A stretch of 64,000 nucleotides of DNA. Source: Hemiscyllium ocellatum (Eukaryota). A program made the translations under genes and the position numbers. The stretch spans positions 1-64,000 of the forward strand of contig NW_026869159.1 in NCBI RefSeq assembly GCF_020745735.1, read 5' to 3'. Below, piece after piece: positions 12,491-26,315 of this stretch (positions within the stretch are counted from its first letter, which is position 1; each line of letters begins with the position of its first letter). A model generated the notes under the pieces. That model had not been told where the DNA came from. It searched no databases and was given only the letters and a program-made list of their open reading frames with translations.

Positions 12491-15359
12491 GCTAAAAGCT
12501 TGTAAAACATCTGCGAGTATTTGCAGGTTTATTCCACTCGTGCCTTTATCTGCTTTTGTATGTTGATTCTGGCTTCACAGAAAACAAAAACTGGTAGATC
12601 TACTTATTACAAGTTGCTTGTAACAAACAGCATCCCAAAAAACAGCTGAGAACATGAACATAGAATGCACAGCACAGTACAGGTCCTTCAACCCTTCACG
12701 TTGTGCCGACCTTATATCCTACTCTAAGATCAAAATATGCTACATACCCTTCATTTTACTATCATCCATGTGCCTATTATTTGTTGCTTCTGTCCAAAAG
12801 ACCTTTAGAACATATTAAAAATTATTTCAAATTCACGATTTATATGGTAAATAGATTGGAAATGCATGCAGAGATAATGCAATCCACCAAATACTGTGTG
12901 CGTGGAACTGCAAATGAGGGACTGTTGTTCACAAACACTTAACTCCCATTAATTCAGTAATACTGAGTCTGCACTGTGCCAAAACAGAATTTATCAAAAT
13001 CGATGGATAGATTTATAATTTCAATACACAATCATGGTCGACTCCTTATCTAACGCTTTTATGAGAAACGCTTTGAAGAAAATCGTTTCTGCTTCAGACT
13101 TAAGCAACATTGTATTTCGTCAAACAATTTGAACGTGCCTGGAAACAACACTTGGACCATTTGTATTTACTACGGTGAATTTTGAATACAATCCTTTTGG
13201 CCTCGTGCACAGATCATTATCCCTGAAGTACGACAACCCAAAAAATATTTTGAAACTTTTCTGATAGTAAATAGCTACCCACGACAGAGACAGGCTGCAC
13301 TCATTGCAAACTGAGGCCTTAATTCCGTGCACAATTTGATAATATTCTTAATATTCAGATAGTTCTGCAAGCTACAAATAGCCTGAACATCAGCTTAGAA
13401 CACAGAACACAGAACACGGAACAGTATAGGTTCTTCGGCCCTCAACATTGTGCTGACCTTTTATCCTATTCTAAGGTCCAACTAAGTAACATACACTTAA
13501 TATAATATCCATTTTCCTAACCAAGAGTAGCTCAATTTTCCTCATGTATATGATTCCACTCCCACTGCTGACAGTGCTTTCTAAGCACCCACCACTCGCT
13601 GTGGAAAGAATCTACCATAGACATATCCATAAGTGTCTACCCTACCCCCCCCCCACCTCCCCCACCCCTCCACCCCCACACCGTCATAGCCATTTCCGCC
13701 CTGGAAAATGCATCTGGCTATCTGCTCTGTCTATGCCTCACATCATACCTTGTTTTAAATTTGGATGCCATTATGAATCAATGATACATTGTCGTCAATT
13801 CACAGGTGCAGAGGGACAATCTACTACCCTTGACTGTCACCTTCTATTCTGAAATGTATAGGCCCACCGTTCATCACTAATCATTGGTAGTGCTCATTGG
13901 TGCTACACTCACTGTGGACATATTTTAAACAACATTAGACACGCATTCTTAAACTAGATAAGAAGTCAATGTAGGCTGCCAAAACCAAGGTCAGGGATGC
14001 TACCAATGTGTGATAAGAATCCTTAGTCTGAGCGTTCTATTATCGGAATCAGAATACATTCAGCCTCTCTGATGGAAAAGTCAAGTGCAGCACCTCTGTG
14101 GATACAATCACTGACATTGCGAATCCGCTGTAATGACAATAGTCTCTGTCAAGTAGATCTATAGCAAGAAGGTAACATCATGTTGTACTCTCATGATCCT
14201 GAATTTATTTCCAATTTTACTGATCGTTGCAACACATATTCCCAATCAAACGTGCAATGAAGGCGTTTTATATCTTTCCCTGCACCTCGGTGCATTGTCA
14301 GCAACAATACAACAGCGAATCTCAGACACTGACTGCTGCAAATTCTCAAACTAAATCCGTTTCAATGGTGAACAAGTGCCCGTTATGAAAGAACAATCTA
14401 AGCAATGCTGTGAAAAATAAATTTTGGCATTTTCCGCTTTGGATGAATGAGGACAGGCACAAAATAACTCCAAATTTCAAGTGCCCTGTCAATTTCAACT
14501 GCAGGAGAGCCCAATTTCGATTTCATTCTATTTCTCGCTGACCGTGGAATCCGTGTTGAATTGTAGAATAAAGAAGCAGTTAAATGATTGGCTGACATGC
14601 AAAACAATGCATCTAAAATATTCATTGGAAGTTGCCTGGTGCTTCTCTTTCGAACAAACTATCAGCAGAGATACGGATAACAGGTACATTTTCCTATCTG
14701 ATCATGAATAACCATTTCAGGGAGAACCAATTTTTTTTCAAATTTGTCATCATGTCTGAGAAAACATTTCGATGCATGATTTTTACTACTACAAGCGCTA
14801 ATCAGGTGTCATCTAACTTTACATACCATCTTCCTTTCTCTCCATGAAATCTGCCGGGTGCGCTGTGTTTTCCAGCCTTTTTTTCTTTCCATACTTATCA
14901 TTTAATCATCACAATGGTCATGTTACCCGACAAGTTCCAAAATTAATCTATCTCTTTCATTTTGCATCATCGGAAAGTAGAAATTTCAATATATTGATTC
15001 GTAGTGAAGTACACTATATGTATGCCATGCGGCACAAAGTTGAAAATTTTTGCTTTCAAAATAAGACAGGATCCTCCAGGTCACTGGAAATAAGCGTCCA
15101 GCAAATATTTATAGAAAGATGTCCCAGCACGAGCAGCTCACACAGATTTAAGTCATTTATATAACAGACACAGGATTCATTAACCTGCTGATAATCAGTA
15201 GATGTCCCTCTTCACTACCGCAAGGGTCCGTGAGAGTATACTGTCGTTAGATGTCAATGGTAGTTCATTGAAATAATTTGAATTAATCATAAAATGCACA
15301 ACCTTATTCCAGCAGTGCATAATGTGACAAATGTTGAATTTTCTTTCCAAAATAAATGG

Positions 15360-16495
15360 TAATAGACAATAGAAAATAGGTGCAGGAGTAGGCCATTCTG
15401 CCCTTCCAGCCTGCACCACCATTCAATAAGATCATGGCTGATCATCTTTAATCAGTATCCTGTTCCTGCCTTATCTCCATAACCCTTGATTCCACAATCC
15501 TTGAGAGCTCTATCCAACTCTTTCTTAAATGAATCCAGAGACTTTGCCTCCTCTGCCCTCTGTAGTAGAGCATTCCACACAGCCACCACTCTCTGAGTGA
15601 AGAAGCTTCTCCTCATCTCTGTCCTAAATGGTCTACGCCGTATTTTTAAGCTGTGTCCTCTGGTTCGGCACTCACCCATTATCGGAAACATGTTTCCTGC
15701 CTCCAGAGTGTCCAATCCTTTAATAATCTTCTATGTCTCAATCTGATCCCCTCTCAGTCTTCTGAACTCAAGGGTATACAAGCCTAGTAGCTCCAGTCTT
15801 TCAATGTAAGGTAATCCGGCCATTCTAGGAATTAACCTCGTGAACCTACGCTGCATTCCCTCAATAGCCAAAATGTCTTTTCTCAAATTTGGAAACCAGA
15901 ACTGCACACAATACTCCAGGTATGGTCCCACCAGGGCCCTGTACAGCTGCAGAAGAACCTTTTTGCTTCTATACTCAACCCCTCTTGTTATGAAAGCCAG
16001 CATGCTATTAGCCTTCTTCACTACCTGCTGTACCTGCATGCTTACCTTCATTGACTGGCGTACAAGAACACTCAGATCTCTCTGTATTGCCCCTTTACCT
16101 AAATTGTTTCCATTTAAGTAGTAATCTGCCTTCCTGTTCTCGCCACCAAAGTGGATAACCATACATTTATCCACATTAAACTGCATCTGCCATGCATCTG
16201 ACCACTCAGTTAACTTGTCCAGGTCACCCTGTAATCTCCTAACATCCTCATGACATTTCACCCTGCCACCCAGCTTAGTATCATCAGTAAATTTGCTAAT
16301 GTTATTACTAATACCATCTTCTATATCATTAACATCTGTTGTAAAAAGCTGCGGTCCCAGTACTGATCCCTACGGTACCCCACTGGTCACTGCCTGCCAT
16401 TCCGAAATGGAGCCGTTTATCACTACTCTTTGTTTCCTATCAGTCTACCAACTTTCAATCCAAGTTAGTACTTTGCTCCCAATACCATGCGCCCT
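15360..16495 (-). mobile_element. 5'-truncated CR1 LINE (RT C-terminal region and 3'UTR)
   Basis: ORFs 15731-16261 (LQGDLDKLTEWSDAWQMQFNVDKC...LVGPYLEYCVQFW) and 15452-15715 are CR1 ORF2-like. Confidence 0.92.
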
Positions 16496-17263
16496 ATTCG
16501 TCATGAAATTTAGAAACTTCTATAGAAATAAAACATTTCAAATTGTAAGATACAGAATGTAATAAAAATCAAGTTGCCTCAACACAGCATATTCTACTCT
16601 AAGGAGTATCTTTATTATTGTCTCTTTATATCTTTATTATTGTGAGATGATTATTAGTGGATGTCCAACACAGCCTATTGTGGATTTCAAATGTGAATCT
16701 TCTATTCATTCAACATTTGATATAATTGTTGAAGAAGCTGCATTTAACACCCTACCCGGAAATGATTTTAACATGTAAGTTTGTGAGCTGGCAGTCTCTG
16801 CGGCTTGTTCTGATTATTTCTCTCAAATGCGTCGAAGGAAAAGTTCTGCATTTCATTTATATTTGCTACTCAGTCAGCAATTCCTGTTAATGATAAAACA
16901 TTATTTCTGAACTGACATGCCGACAGCAAGTTTTGCATTACCAGAGGTCCACAAGTAAAATGTAATTTCTCTCGTGATGTAGAATTTCACTGCCTGTACC
17001 GATGGGAAGTTATGATATTGGAGGAGCTTAGTGGGAAACAAAATCAGAAACAGAGCTCCATGGATGGGTTTGTGCAGTTCATTCTCAGCAGGTCTGCATT
17101 TGAAGCGAACATATTGATGTATCTCTGAATAGTAGCTAACTTTAAGTAATCGTGCATTTTTTTTCTAACTTAAAGTCTCTCCTCTGACTCTTCCTCTGGA
17201 GCTGAATTGTTCCTTCAGTTTCAGGGTGTGAATGAGCCTTCTTTAACTGGCACTCTCAGCGTG

Positions 17264-17303
17264 AGTTTTTGTAGGGGTTGTGCCATTACTCTGTATCAGT
17301 GTG
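17264..17303 (-). other. Recombination signal sequence: CACACTG - 24 nt - ACAAAAACT
   Basis: Heptamer 17303-17297, nonamer 17272-17264; spacer counted as 24. Confidence 0.85.
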
Positions 17304-17783
17304 AGCGTCATTGCACAGAAATACATGGCACAGTCAGAGATGATGGCCATGCTGATTGTCAACTCGGCATACTTCGTAGATTTCGTAAATTTGAAAGCGA
17401 ATCGTTCAGGAACATCTGGATTCTTCTTGAGAATGCTTTCTCCAGCTATATAAACCATGTACCTTGGAGGCTGCCCTGGGAGCTGACTGTACCAGTAAAC
17501 ATAAGGGTTGGGATCGCTTGTCTTCAAACTGCAGGTTAGTGTGACATTGCCTTCCTCTTTAACTTCCAATTCAGAGTCTGGCTGTTCCACCGTATCTTGC
17601 TGACTCCATTCTAAGAAAAACAAAAAGCAATTTTCAAGATTATGTACATTACCGTCATTGTTTTCCGAATATTAACCCGGAGGTTGCAAACATCTGTGTC
17701 TGGAGAAATGGAATATTACTGGGAAACAAACACTTACTGAGAATTGATACAATGATGAGGAGTGGAGTGAGAATATTCTTCAT
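17304..17783 (-). CDS. Intact TCR alpha/delta V gene segment (leader exon 17783-17738, intron 17737-17611, V exon 17610-17304)
   Basis: Leader MKNILTPLLIIVSIL with GTAAGT donor and TTCTTAG acceptor. V: WSQQDTVEQPDSELEVKEEGNVTLTCSLKTSDPNPYVYWYSQLPGQPPRY...ELTISMAIISDCAMYFCAMT. Both canonical Cys and the Trp are present. Confidence 0.93.
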
Positions 17784-20700
17784 GGTGCACTCTGAGTATG
17801 TAATTCTGCAGTCCGGAAAACCCTTTGTCAGAGATCCTGATCAAAGCTGTTTCCCTCAATGAGTAACAATGACGGGCGACTGCGATCTCTGTAGTATCAC
17901 AGAGAAGGGAAGGCGCGTCAGAGACAAGGCAGCAAACGGAAGCTGAGGGCGGATCTGCAGCAGACACAGCTTTGAGTGAACTCATTACGCCGTGTCAGAA
18001 CAGAAGGTGGACAATGCTGTACAACTGAATCCAGAAGTGTTGAACGTTGAAAAGTCTGGTACAACCCTGCCCAAGCAAAGAATCACCAACAATCAAATAT
18101 GGAGGGGGGACATAAATGATCAAGGATTTCATAATTGCAAATACAGTTAGAAGCTATTCCGTCAATTATAACTGTAGCTGCTCTTTGAAACATTCCTGTA
18201 TATAGTTTCACAGCCACAGCTATTGTTCTGCAGCTGTGCAAAGTCTATTACTTTCTACATGTCTTTGCAATAACATTCTGAAAGTTAGCATTGAATCAAC
18301 ATCCACTTACATGTTAAATTCTAGATTATAATAAGATTCAATGTGTAAAAGAAAGTGTGTTTCTCTTGTCAATGCTACTAATCGTGTTCCACAGATTACT
18401 GAACTCCAAACAAGTGAAAGTAATTTGGGATGATGGATTCTATCAACCCAATGTATTAGGGCTCAGCAGTTCAGCAAAATTTTCATTAACATTAAGTTGA
18501 CAGGAGGACAATAATATGTTCTTCTCTAGAATTTGCATGATTCAGGTGTCTGATTATCTTTCATTTCCCCAAGTCAGTCAACCAAATTCATGATCTCTGA
18601 ACTGCAATCCAAATCCAGCTCCACATCTGTTTGGTCCACTCCCAATCTTTCCCTCCTTCTGTCTGCTCTGTTCTTCAGCGGTAGTCAGGCTCCTGTCTAT
18701 ATATTGCGAATCAAATCACTGAGACTGATTCGGGGTTTTGGGCTTCCAAAGGATCTTTGTCATTAAGGAAAGATACAAGATTGCTTTCTCTCTGTCGTTG
18801 CCCAGCTTCAGTTCTTATTGAGGAAACAATAATATGTTTTTTTTGTGCAAACTGTTAAAATGAACGTGAATTCCTGGCATTTAAACAGCAAATTTAGAGA
18901 CAAAGCAGTTCTGCCAGAATCAATAATGCTTTCACAGCACAGGTAAAAACACCACACTGGGCCGGAAGAAAGCATGCAGTCCGAATCAAAGTAACCAGCT
19001 GTAACCGTCTAAGATGATACATATTGGATTCATAGGTGTTTTGTTATTTTTTTTTTAGGATTTTACAATGAACCTTCAGGCGAAAGTATGCATTTGCTAC
19101 AATGGGGATTGGGACCATTTCGGGACCCACAAAGGAAAACTTGCCGAGGGTGAAAGAAGTCTGAGTAGTGACAGGCACTCAGAATGGAAGGAGGCTTCCT
19201 ATCTGGCTAAGATGCTATTCACTTTGGAGGACACAAATTTCTAGATCCTTGAGAATGATTGGAAAGGAAAAACTAAGGTTAATTTTATATTCTGAGCGAG
19301 TCTGCAGGTGCATTATTAAAGTCAGTGATACAGAATGACAAAGGCAATAAAATTTGGTGTGCTGAGAACAACTTCACTGGGTCCTAAACATATTGCTTTA
19401 ACCACTCAATCACCACAATGACTTGGTAATATGCACAGATGATTTCATTTAGGCTATGATGAAAATCATTTCACAATCGTTTCATTTGTGATGATATTTC
19501 TCCTTTAATAAGGTTATGTTGTCCTTTTTTGCCAGGAGTTCATGAAAATGTAAGTTCTGAAATGTTTGTGTTTGGATGCGTTTTAGGGCCAATTTGATTA
19601 TAGTTAACAGATACTGCCTCAGGCAAACACCTTTTAAGTTTAAAAAAAACACTCGTACAATGAAAGGGGAGTAGCCAGTTCTCCCAGCTCAGCTCTTCTT
19701 TCGTTTGTTTGCTTTTTGACTGTCTGACTATTTATTGAAAGAAGTCAGCAATCGTGAAGCTGGTGGATGCAAAAGTTTTGTCAATGTCGAAAGCTTTCTC
19801 TAATACCTCTCATGTAAGACATTGGGTTTGAGTTTACCTTTTGCATCAAGCGGTGTGTATGGGGACTTTACAATTATTGAGAACAGCAGCATTAATTGAG
19901 ATAGCCTGCTGGTTTTTTTGGGTAGTTTATGTTATTCTGCTTTCTGCTCTCTTTGGTTCGTTTTTCATTGGGTAATCTCGCAAATAAATTCAGTTTTATT
20001 CAAAGGAAAGTGATTTAACCAGCTCTACACCCGCCCCCCCACCCCCACGAGAATATACACATTACACCTGCTACTGAGAAGTAGCAAAGTTAGAATCTGC
20101 GCTACTTCCTTGAAATGTTTAGATGAGATCTGGTCTGTTCCAAAACACTGTGAACTTTCATAACTCCTTAAACTTTTGGGATATCTCTAGGAACAGCAAA
20201 TCTTTTAAGCTTCGCATGCATTTCAATCATCCAGCTACATTCTAATCATTTTAACTTCTGCTATTGGAGGTTTTGTCGCTTTTCTGTATATGTGTCTATC
20301 TCTGATGAAGAAATTAGGTTCCTGATTTGGTAAATAATACCGATTACACTTCAGAAATGCTCCGTTACGTAGAACATAATTTGAGGTATCATCAACTATT
20401 AAAACATTCAATATCAACGAGTATTTTCTATGAAGTCGTGGTCACTGCCTTTTTGAGGAAGGGAATTCGAAACACTCATGAACCTCTGAAGAAAAATATG
20501 CCCCTTCTCTCTGTCTTAAATGGATAGCTCTTTTAAAAATTGACACGCTCAGTCAATGACCTCTAGCTGCAGTACGCCTCAAAGTATCTCTTCAATATAT
20601 TCGCTAGAGGAAACTTCGAATAAAGGTGACACTTTCCCAAATATCTGCTGTTTTTGCAGCAGCTTCAATTTACCAGCAGATGTTGGCATTCTATTATTTT

Positions 20701-20861
20701 AATCTGAAGGCAGCAACATGGTGCAATGCTTTGACGTTGTTATTTCTTCCACCTCAAGCCAAATGCATCTCCCATTGCGTGCAGAGATAAAAGCAAACAT
20801 AATCAAAGACACGCACGCACCCGCAGACAGACAAAACAAAAACACAGACGCACGCAGGTCT

Positions 20862-21130
20862 GGAGGTGGCACGGTGGCTCAATGGTTATTACTGCTGCCT
20901 CACAGCCCTTGGGTCACAGGTTCGGTTCCAGCTTCAGATGACTGTCTGCACGGAGTTTGAACATTCTCCCTGTGTCTACGTGGGTTTCCTCCCACCGTAC
21001 AAAGATGTGCACATCAGGTAGATTGCCCATAATGTTAAGTGCATTAGTCAGAGGGAAATTAGTCCGGGTGGGTTACTCTTCGGAGGGTCGGTGTTGGGCT
21101 GAAGGACCTGTATCCACACTGTAGGGACTG
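20862..21130 (+). mobile_element. tRNA-derived V-SINE/HE1-type SINE
   Basis: ggtggcacggtggctc head plus the conserved gactgtctg..ggagtttg.acattctccc.gtgtct.cgtgggtttcctcc core. Confidence 0.8.
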
Positions 21131-22069
21131 TAATCATATGCATATACAGAAGGAAAAACATTAATAGACAAACAAAATGCACAAATTACCGTGTTATGGG
21201 CCAGAGCAAACCCCATCAAGGTATGTTTAGAAATTAACATGTCTTCTAAGTGTTCTACATTTCAAGATTAATGGAATGCATTACGTTCCAGATGCAATTA
21301 GTTTGATGTAACTACTCGATTTTAGACAAGGTGCATTTCATTGTTATGCTGCTCCTTCATCCGGTAACTCGTGGACTGGATCATGGGGTACAGAATTTAC
21401 AATAGAAGATCAAATTGTCATACAAGTGATATGACTAGTTATCTGACGAAGAGGCAGTGCTCCCAAAGCTTGTACTTTCAAATAAACCTGTTAGGTTATA
21501 AGTTGGTATTGTATGATTTTAATTCTGTCCGCCACAGTACATCATTGGCACCTTGACATTCTGGTGAGAAAAATTTACTTTCAATTTCCAGAGAATTCCA
21601 CTAGAGGGTGGTGCGTGTCTGTGGTAAATATTGAACATGATATCTGGAGTCAGAGTGATGTTACAGACAGACAGCAGTTGTTAAAGTAAAACATTTGGTA
21701 CTGAAAGACAAACAGATAGACATGACCAGAAAATGGCTCTAAGTGAAACTTGAAGAGGGCGTTTTACTAGATGTTGACACTTAATAGTTTTCTCCTGGCT
21801 CTAAACGTAGCTCTGTGACAAGTGCTTAACTCCACATTTCATGTAATTTGAAAACGTTTCAAATTTACAGTGTCCTTTTGTTTCTTCCTACAGATATTAA
21901 AAGTCAAAATAAGCATACATCAATGAAATATGAGGAAACTGGCCTTTCCTTTAACGTTAATCACATTTTATTAAGAGTTACACAATCCAATTGTCATGAA
22001 AACGATGCACATAAACCTACTATTCAATACCAACTATTGTTAATTTTGTTACTTTTTTTCCATTTTCTC

Positions 22070-22200
22070 ATTGTGCAGCATTTCTGAGATTCCAGTCGCT
22101 GTGAATCAGTTAAATCGATATTCTTCGTGGATTTAGTAAATGTGAAAGAGAATCGTTCAAGAAAATCAGGATTCCTCTTTACAACTGGAAGTAGCACCAA
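22070..22200 (-). pseudogene. Fragment (FR2-FR3) of a third paralog of the 9.3 kb / 17.3 kb V family
   Basis: Minus strand VVKRNPDFLERFSFTFTKSTKNIDLT closely matches 9380-9440 and KKNPDVPERFAFKFTKSTKYAELT. Confidence 0.7.
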
Positions 22201-22329
22201 CACATTATCCCCAATTGCAAAATTACAAATTTACTATTTCTTATTCGCTTCTTGTTTCAATGTATGCTGTGATATTTTTAAATGCTGTCTAGCCAACGCC
22301 CCAGCTCTATTTAATCGTTCTCTAATATT

Positions 22330-23700
22330 TGTCACATAGGGCAAATGGGTGGTCTCTATATTCTGACTTATTAATTTCTCCTTAATCAATTTTAACCTCT
22401 TACTACATACCAGAAATTTATTTCAAATGGACCGAATTGGAACGATTCACCTGGGCAGCTCTTACCACAAAAAGTACAAATAGAACTCCCTTATCCTAAT
22501 CATCTGGATAATCCTGACCATAAGCCTGCAACATGGTTTATAGTGTTGAATGCCTTCCCTCTAGCGCTCCCTGCCATTCTGGATGGTACAGAGTAGATTG
22601 GAATACCTTCATTCCCAAGTTATCCATAACCTCCTTGAATAGTCCGGATGTGAAGTTTGATCCTTGATCTCACTGAATGCCTATTGGCAGTCTGTATCTA
22701 GTTCAAAAAATTAAGTAGTTCTTCTACACCCCTATTTTCAGTGATGTTGCATAGTGGTATTACCTCTGGAAATCTAGTTGATACATTCAGTATTGTTAAT
22801 AACTACTTATTTCCACTTTTTGTTTGAGGTAGCTGACCTACACAATCACTCAAGTTTGTTGTGAAACGTTCATCAAATGTTGGAATAGGTATTGAAGGTA
22901 TAGGTTTTATTACTGCCTGTGGTTTTCAGATTAGTTGACATGTATGACACATCTGGATTAGTGGTGCTGGAAGAATGGTGCTTTATTCCTGATGCAGGGC
23001 TTTTGCCCGAAATGTCGATTTTACTGCTCCTCGAATGCTGCCTGAACTGCTGTGCTCTTCCATCACTACTAATCCAGAATCTGGTTTCCAGCATCTGCAG
23101 TCATTGTTTTTACCATGTATGACACATCTGGCAAAATTCAACTGCAGCTTTGTGTAGTCGTGGTCAGTCGAAATGTCATTGTATTTTAGCCTGTGGTTTC
23201 TTCGCCACTAAATGACCTCCAAGTGGTAGCTCATGTGACACTTGCAGCACCTCCTTTTTTTTTACCCTACTGGCAAAACAAATTGGTGCACCTATGCCCA
23301 TTTCTCATCTGCTTGGCTGTGTGGTGGTCTCCATTTCTTCGTTAAGGCATCATCTGTAAAATAATAGCACACAGGGATGCATTCACTTTCCTTCTCTGTA
23401 AATGACATTTGATACAACTGTTTTAAGTTCTCATCTTTCTGCTGTAATTCAATTAGCTTAACAGAGCTAAAGTTACTTGCATGTTTAGTTGTTTGCTGCT
23501 TCTCTGCCATTTTTCTGATTAGAAATGGTCTCGGATAACACTATGTCTGTTTCCATATTTGTGCCTTTTGATCCAACCTGCATCAGCTTGTGCCTCTGTG
23601 ATCTTGTGATCACACAATCAGGGAAAATTCCTGGGTAAACATTCTCCATGTCTTCAGTTGCTTGCATCTCCATTGGCGTTTCAACCAGTGTAAGGATCAC
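22330..23700 (-). mobile_element. Degenerate Gypsy LTR retrotransposon pol/integrase fragment, with a Penelope terminal repeat inserted at ~22985-23110
   Basis: ORFs with LKQLYQ...ESECIPVCYY...KKWRPPHSQADEKWA. Colinear similarity to 42600-43440. Confidence 0.75.
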
Positions 23701-24439
23701 AAAAGCCTGCTGATTAAAACAATAATGTAGATAGATGCCACCACTCGTGAGGTTTTTTGTTTCTCGTCTTGAGATCTACATGATTCTGGGCCTCACTGCC
23801 CAGTAATGGACTGCCTAGTCTTCCACATTCAGGTTACTTACATTGCGATAACCAGCTTTTGTACATGTCTTGTCTTGAAATTCTGGTTTTCATATTTCTA
23901 CTTTATTAACACTCTAGGTTGGAGGCTATTCCGTTGTCTTTCCCTATTACTGCTTGCTGCCGATATGCAGGATTGTACATTCACATTATAAGTTCGCCGA
24001 ACTCTCTCTTTACAGTTACTATCACTGGAGAGTGAGTTAATCTTTCTGCACATATTATACCTACGATGGTAGAGAAACTAAAAACTGCGTGGTAAAATGG
24101 AAATTATCTAAATCTGTGTCTTTTGTTATGATTGTATGCAAATATCCATTAATAGATCTGTTCATAATCTGCTCACGTCTGATCGCTTCGTTCACCAAGT
24201 TCCATTAGAAATTAAGTATCTGTCTAGACTGAGTTGATTTCATTTAAATTCAATATAAATCTACACAGGTCCGTATTTACTCTCCAATCCAACCAGAAGT
24301 ATAAGCAGAAACGTGTTTGAGGGTATATGTGGCAGCGAAGTGCACGTTGAGAAGCTGCATAAGGTGAAAGAAGAATTGGGCACCGCTTTCGAAGGCTTTC
24401 AGCTGGAAAAGATCAAAGGTTCTCAGTCCATGTAGAAGA

Positions 24440-24740
24440 TTGGATGATCCTGAATCAGAGCGTTATCCAGCGCAGAAACAGATCCTTCCATCCAATTCGT
24501 ACATACTGACCAGATATTTTAAATTGATCTTGACCCGTTTGCCAGAATTTGTCCCATATCCCTCTGAATACTTCCTATTCATGTATTTATCTGCACGTCT
24601 TTTAAATGCAGTAATGGTACTCGCCTCCACTACTACCTCTGCAGCACTTTCTATTACATGCAACCTCCCTTGCATGGAAAGGTTGACCCTCTGGTCCCTT
24701 TCAAATCCTTCTCTCTCACACTCATACCTCTTCAAATTCC
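24440..24740 (-). mobile_element. CR1 3' fragment
   Basis: ORF 24463-24735 contains AEVVVEASTITAFKRRADKYMNRK..EGYG, typical of the CR1 ORF2 end. Confidence 0.7.
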
Positions 24741-26315
24741 ATGTTTTTCGTCACTTGAAGAGTGAGTAGGTGCATGGTAGTCACAAACCTCGAGATTCAA
24801 ACCTCATTCTTTCTGCTCCATCTGTTCTATTCACAACTGACAGCTACCACACAATTCATTGACCTTTGTGTCTGCATTATTCGTGGCCACAGCATCCGTG
24901 AGTTGTTGTCATTTTGTCTGTTGGGAAAATTGTGGCCGCTATTGCACTGCTGTCATTAGTTGGAGCGGGAGTGCAGTGGAACTAAGAATCCAACAGAGTT
25001 TCTTCCGTCTGTACATATCTAAATAGACAAGCCTGCATTCACACATTGCCTTGAGATGCTCAAAGTTTAATTCCAGGCACTTCGTCCGCACCACATTGAC
25101 CAGAGTCATTTCAAAGTGTCAAACTCATTTGTTCTAAATAAATAACCTTCTGTCATAAATACTAAATCAAGAGCACACAGGCAAGACTATAATCTATTTA
25201 CAGTCCTGATTTCCCTTTAGATGTCATTGATGTTAATTCATCTTGACATGTTGTCCAATCTGACCATTCGTCAGAACTGAAGGGAAATATAAAATGATGA
25301 TTTTTGAGTATTGTCAGAAGTTGGGGGAGAAAGAAGGTAAGAACTTTTTTCTGCATTTTCAGCCGTCATAGGTCAATGCTGAGTTCCACAATTTGATGAA
25401 ACCCAAGAAACATCAAGCAGGTCTTTCTTGTGTCTGTAAATGGAATTGAAACAATGAGGATATCGTTCTGAAGAAGCCTCATTCTGGGCCAGAAACATTA
25501 ACTCTATTTTTTTCTTGCCATGTGTTTTTTCTGACGCACTAGGCTTCTCCAACATCCTCTCTATTAAAATTTCTTGAAATATTCCTTTAATTCCTTACAT
25601 CGTTTTGCCTTTGCTCTCAGAGGAACTAATACATGTGGTCTATTTTTATAGGTGTCAGTAAAATATAATTTCCTTCTCAATGTCAATGTTATTATCTTTG
25701 ATACTCTCGTTGTCGTGTGTTCTGGGCGGCCTCACAACATGTTGCATTAAGTCTTCTTCCCATTAGCTTCAACAACATGAAAGAAAGAATGAAACAAACA
25801 AACAAACAAAGTAATTGATGCAGCATCTTTTATGAACCCAAGGATATCCAAACCATTTTAGTCACAATTAAGTAATTTTTTATTTGTAATGTTGGAAATA
25901 CAAAATCAATGGTGAGCAAAGTGTGATTCCACAAAAGAAAATCGAGCAGCAATCTGTTTTCAGTTCAAACATATGATGGACAAATGTTGGTGAAGGGCGA
26001 CAGGGATAAACTGTTTTTTTTTCTAGAATACCAGCAGTGAAGTGTTACACACTCCAAATCAGAGATTGAAAACACTCAGTGGTTTAGCATCTCATTCAGA
26101 AAGACGCCGCATCTGATAGCTTATCATTCCTTTAGCATTTGCAACAGGTAAGTGTGGACGCTGGTCTGTGAGCATCACAATTCTGACTCAGTGAACGCAC
26201 TACATCTGACACCAGGTAAAAAGAGGGGGAGGATGCTGATCAATCAGTCATTCCAATCTTTGTGTTCCTTTTTCTCACTGTTTTATGCAACCAATGATCC
26301 AGGCAAAGGGAAAAG

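Larger units (their letters stand above)
12105..18540. repeat. Segmental duplication, copy 2 (longer because of CR1 insertions)
   Basis: Colinear with 5440-10530. Extra CR1 inserts at ~12655-12790 and 15360-16495 are absent from copy 1. Confidence 0.9.
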
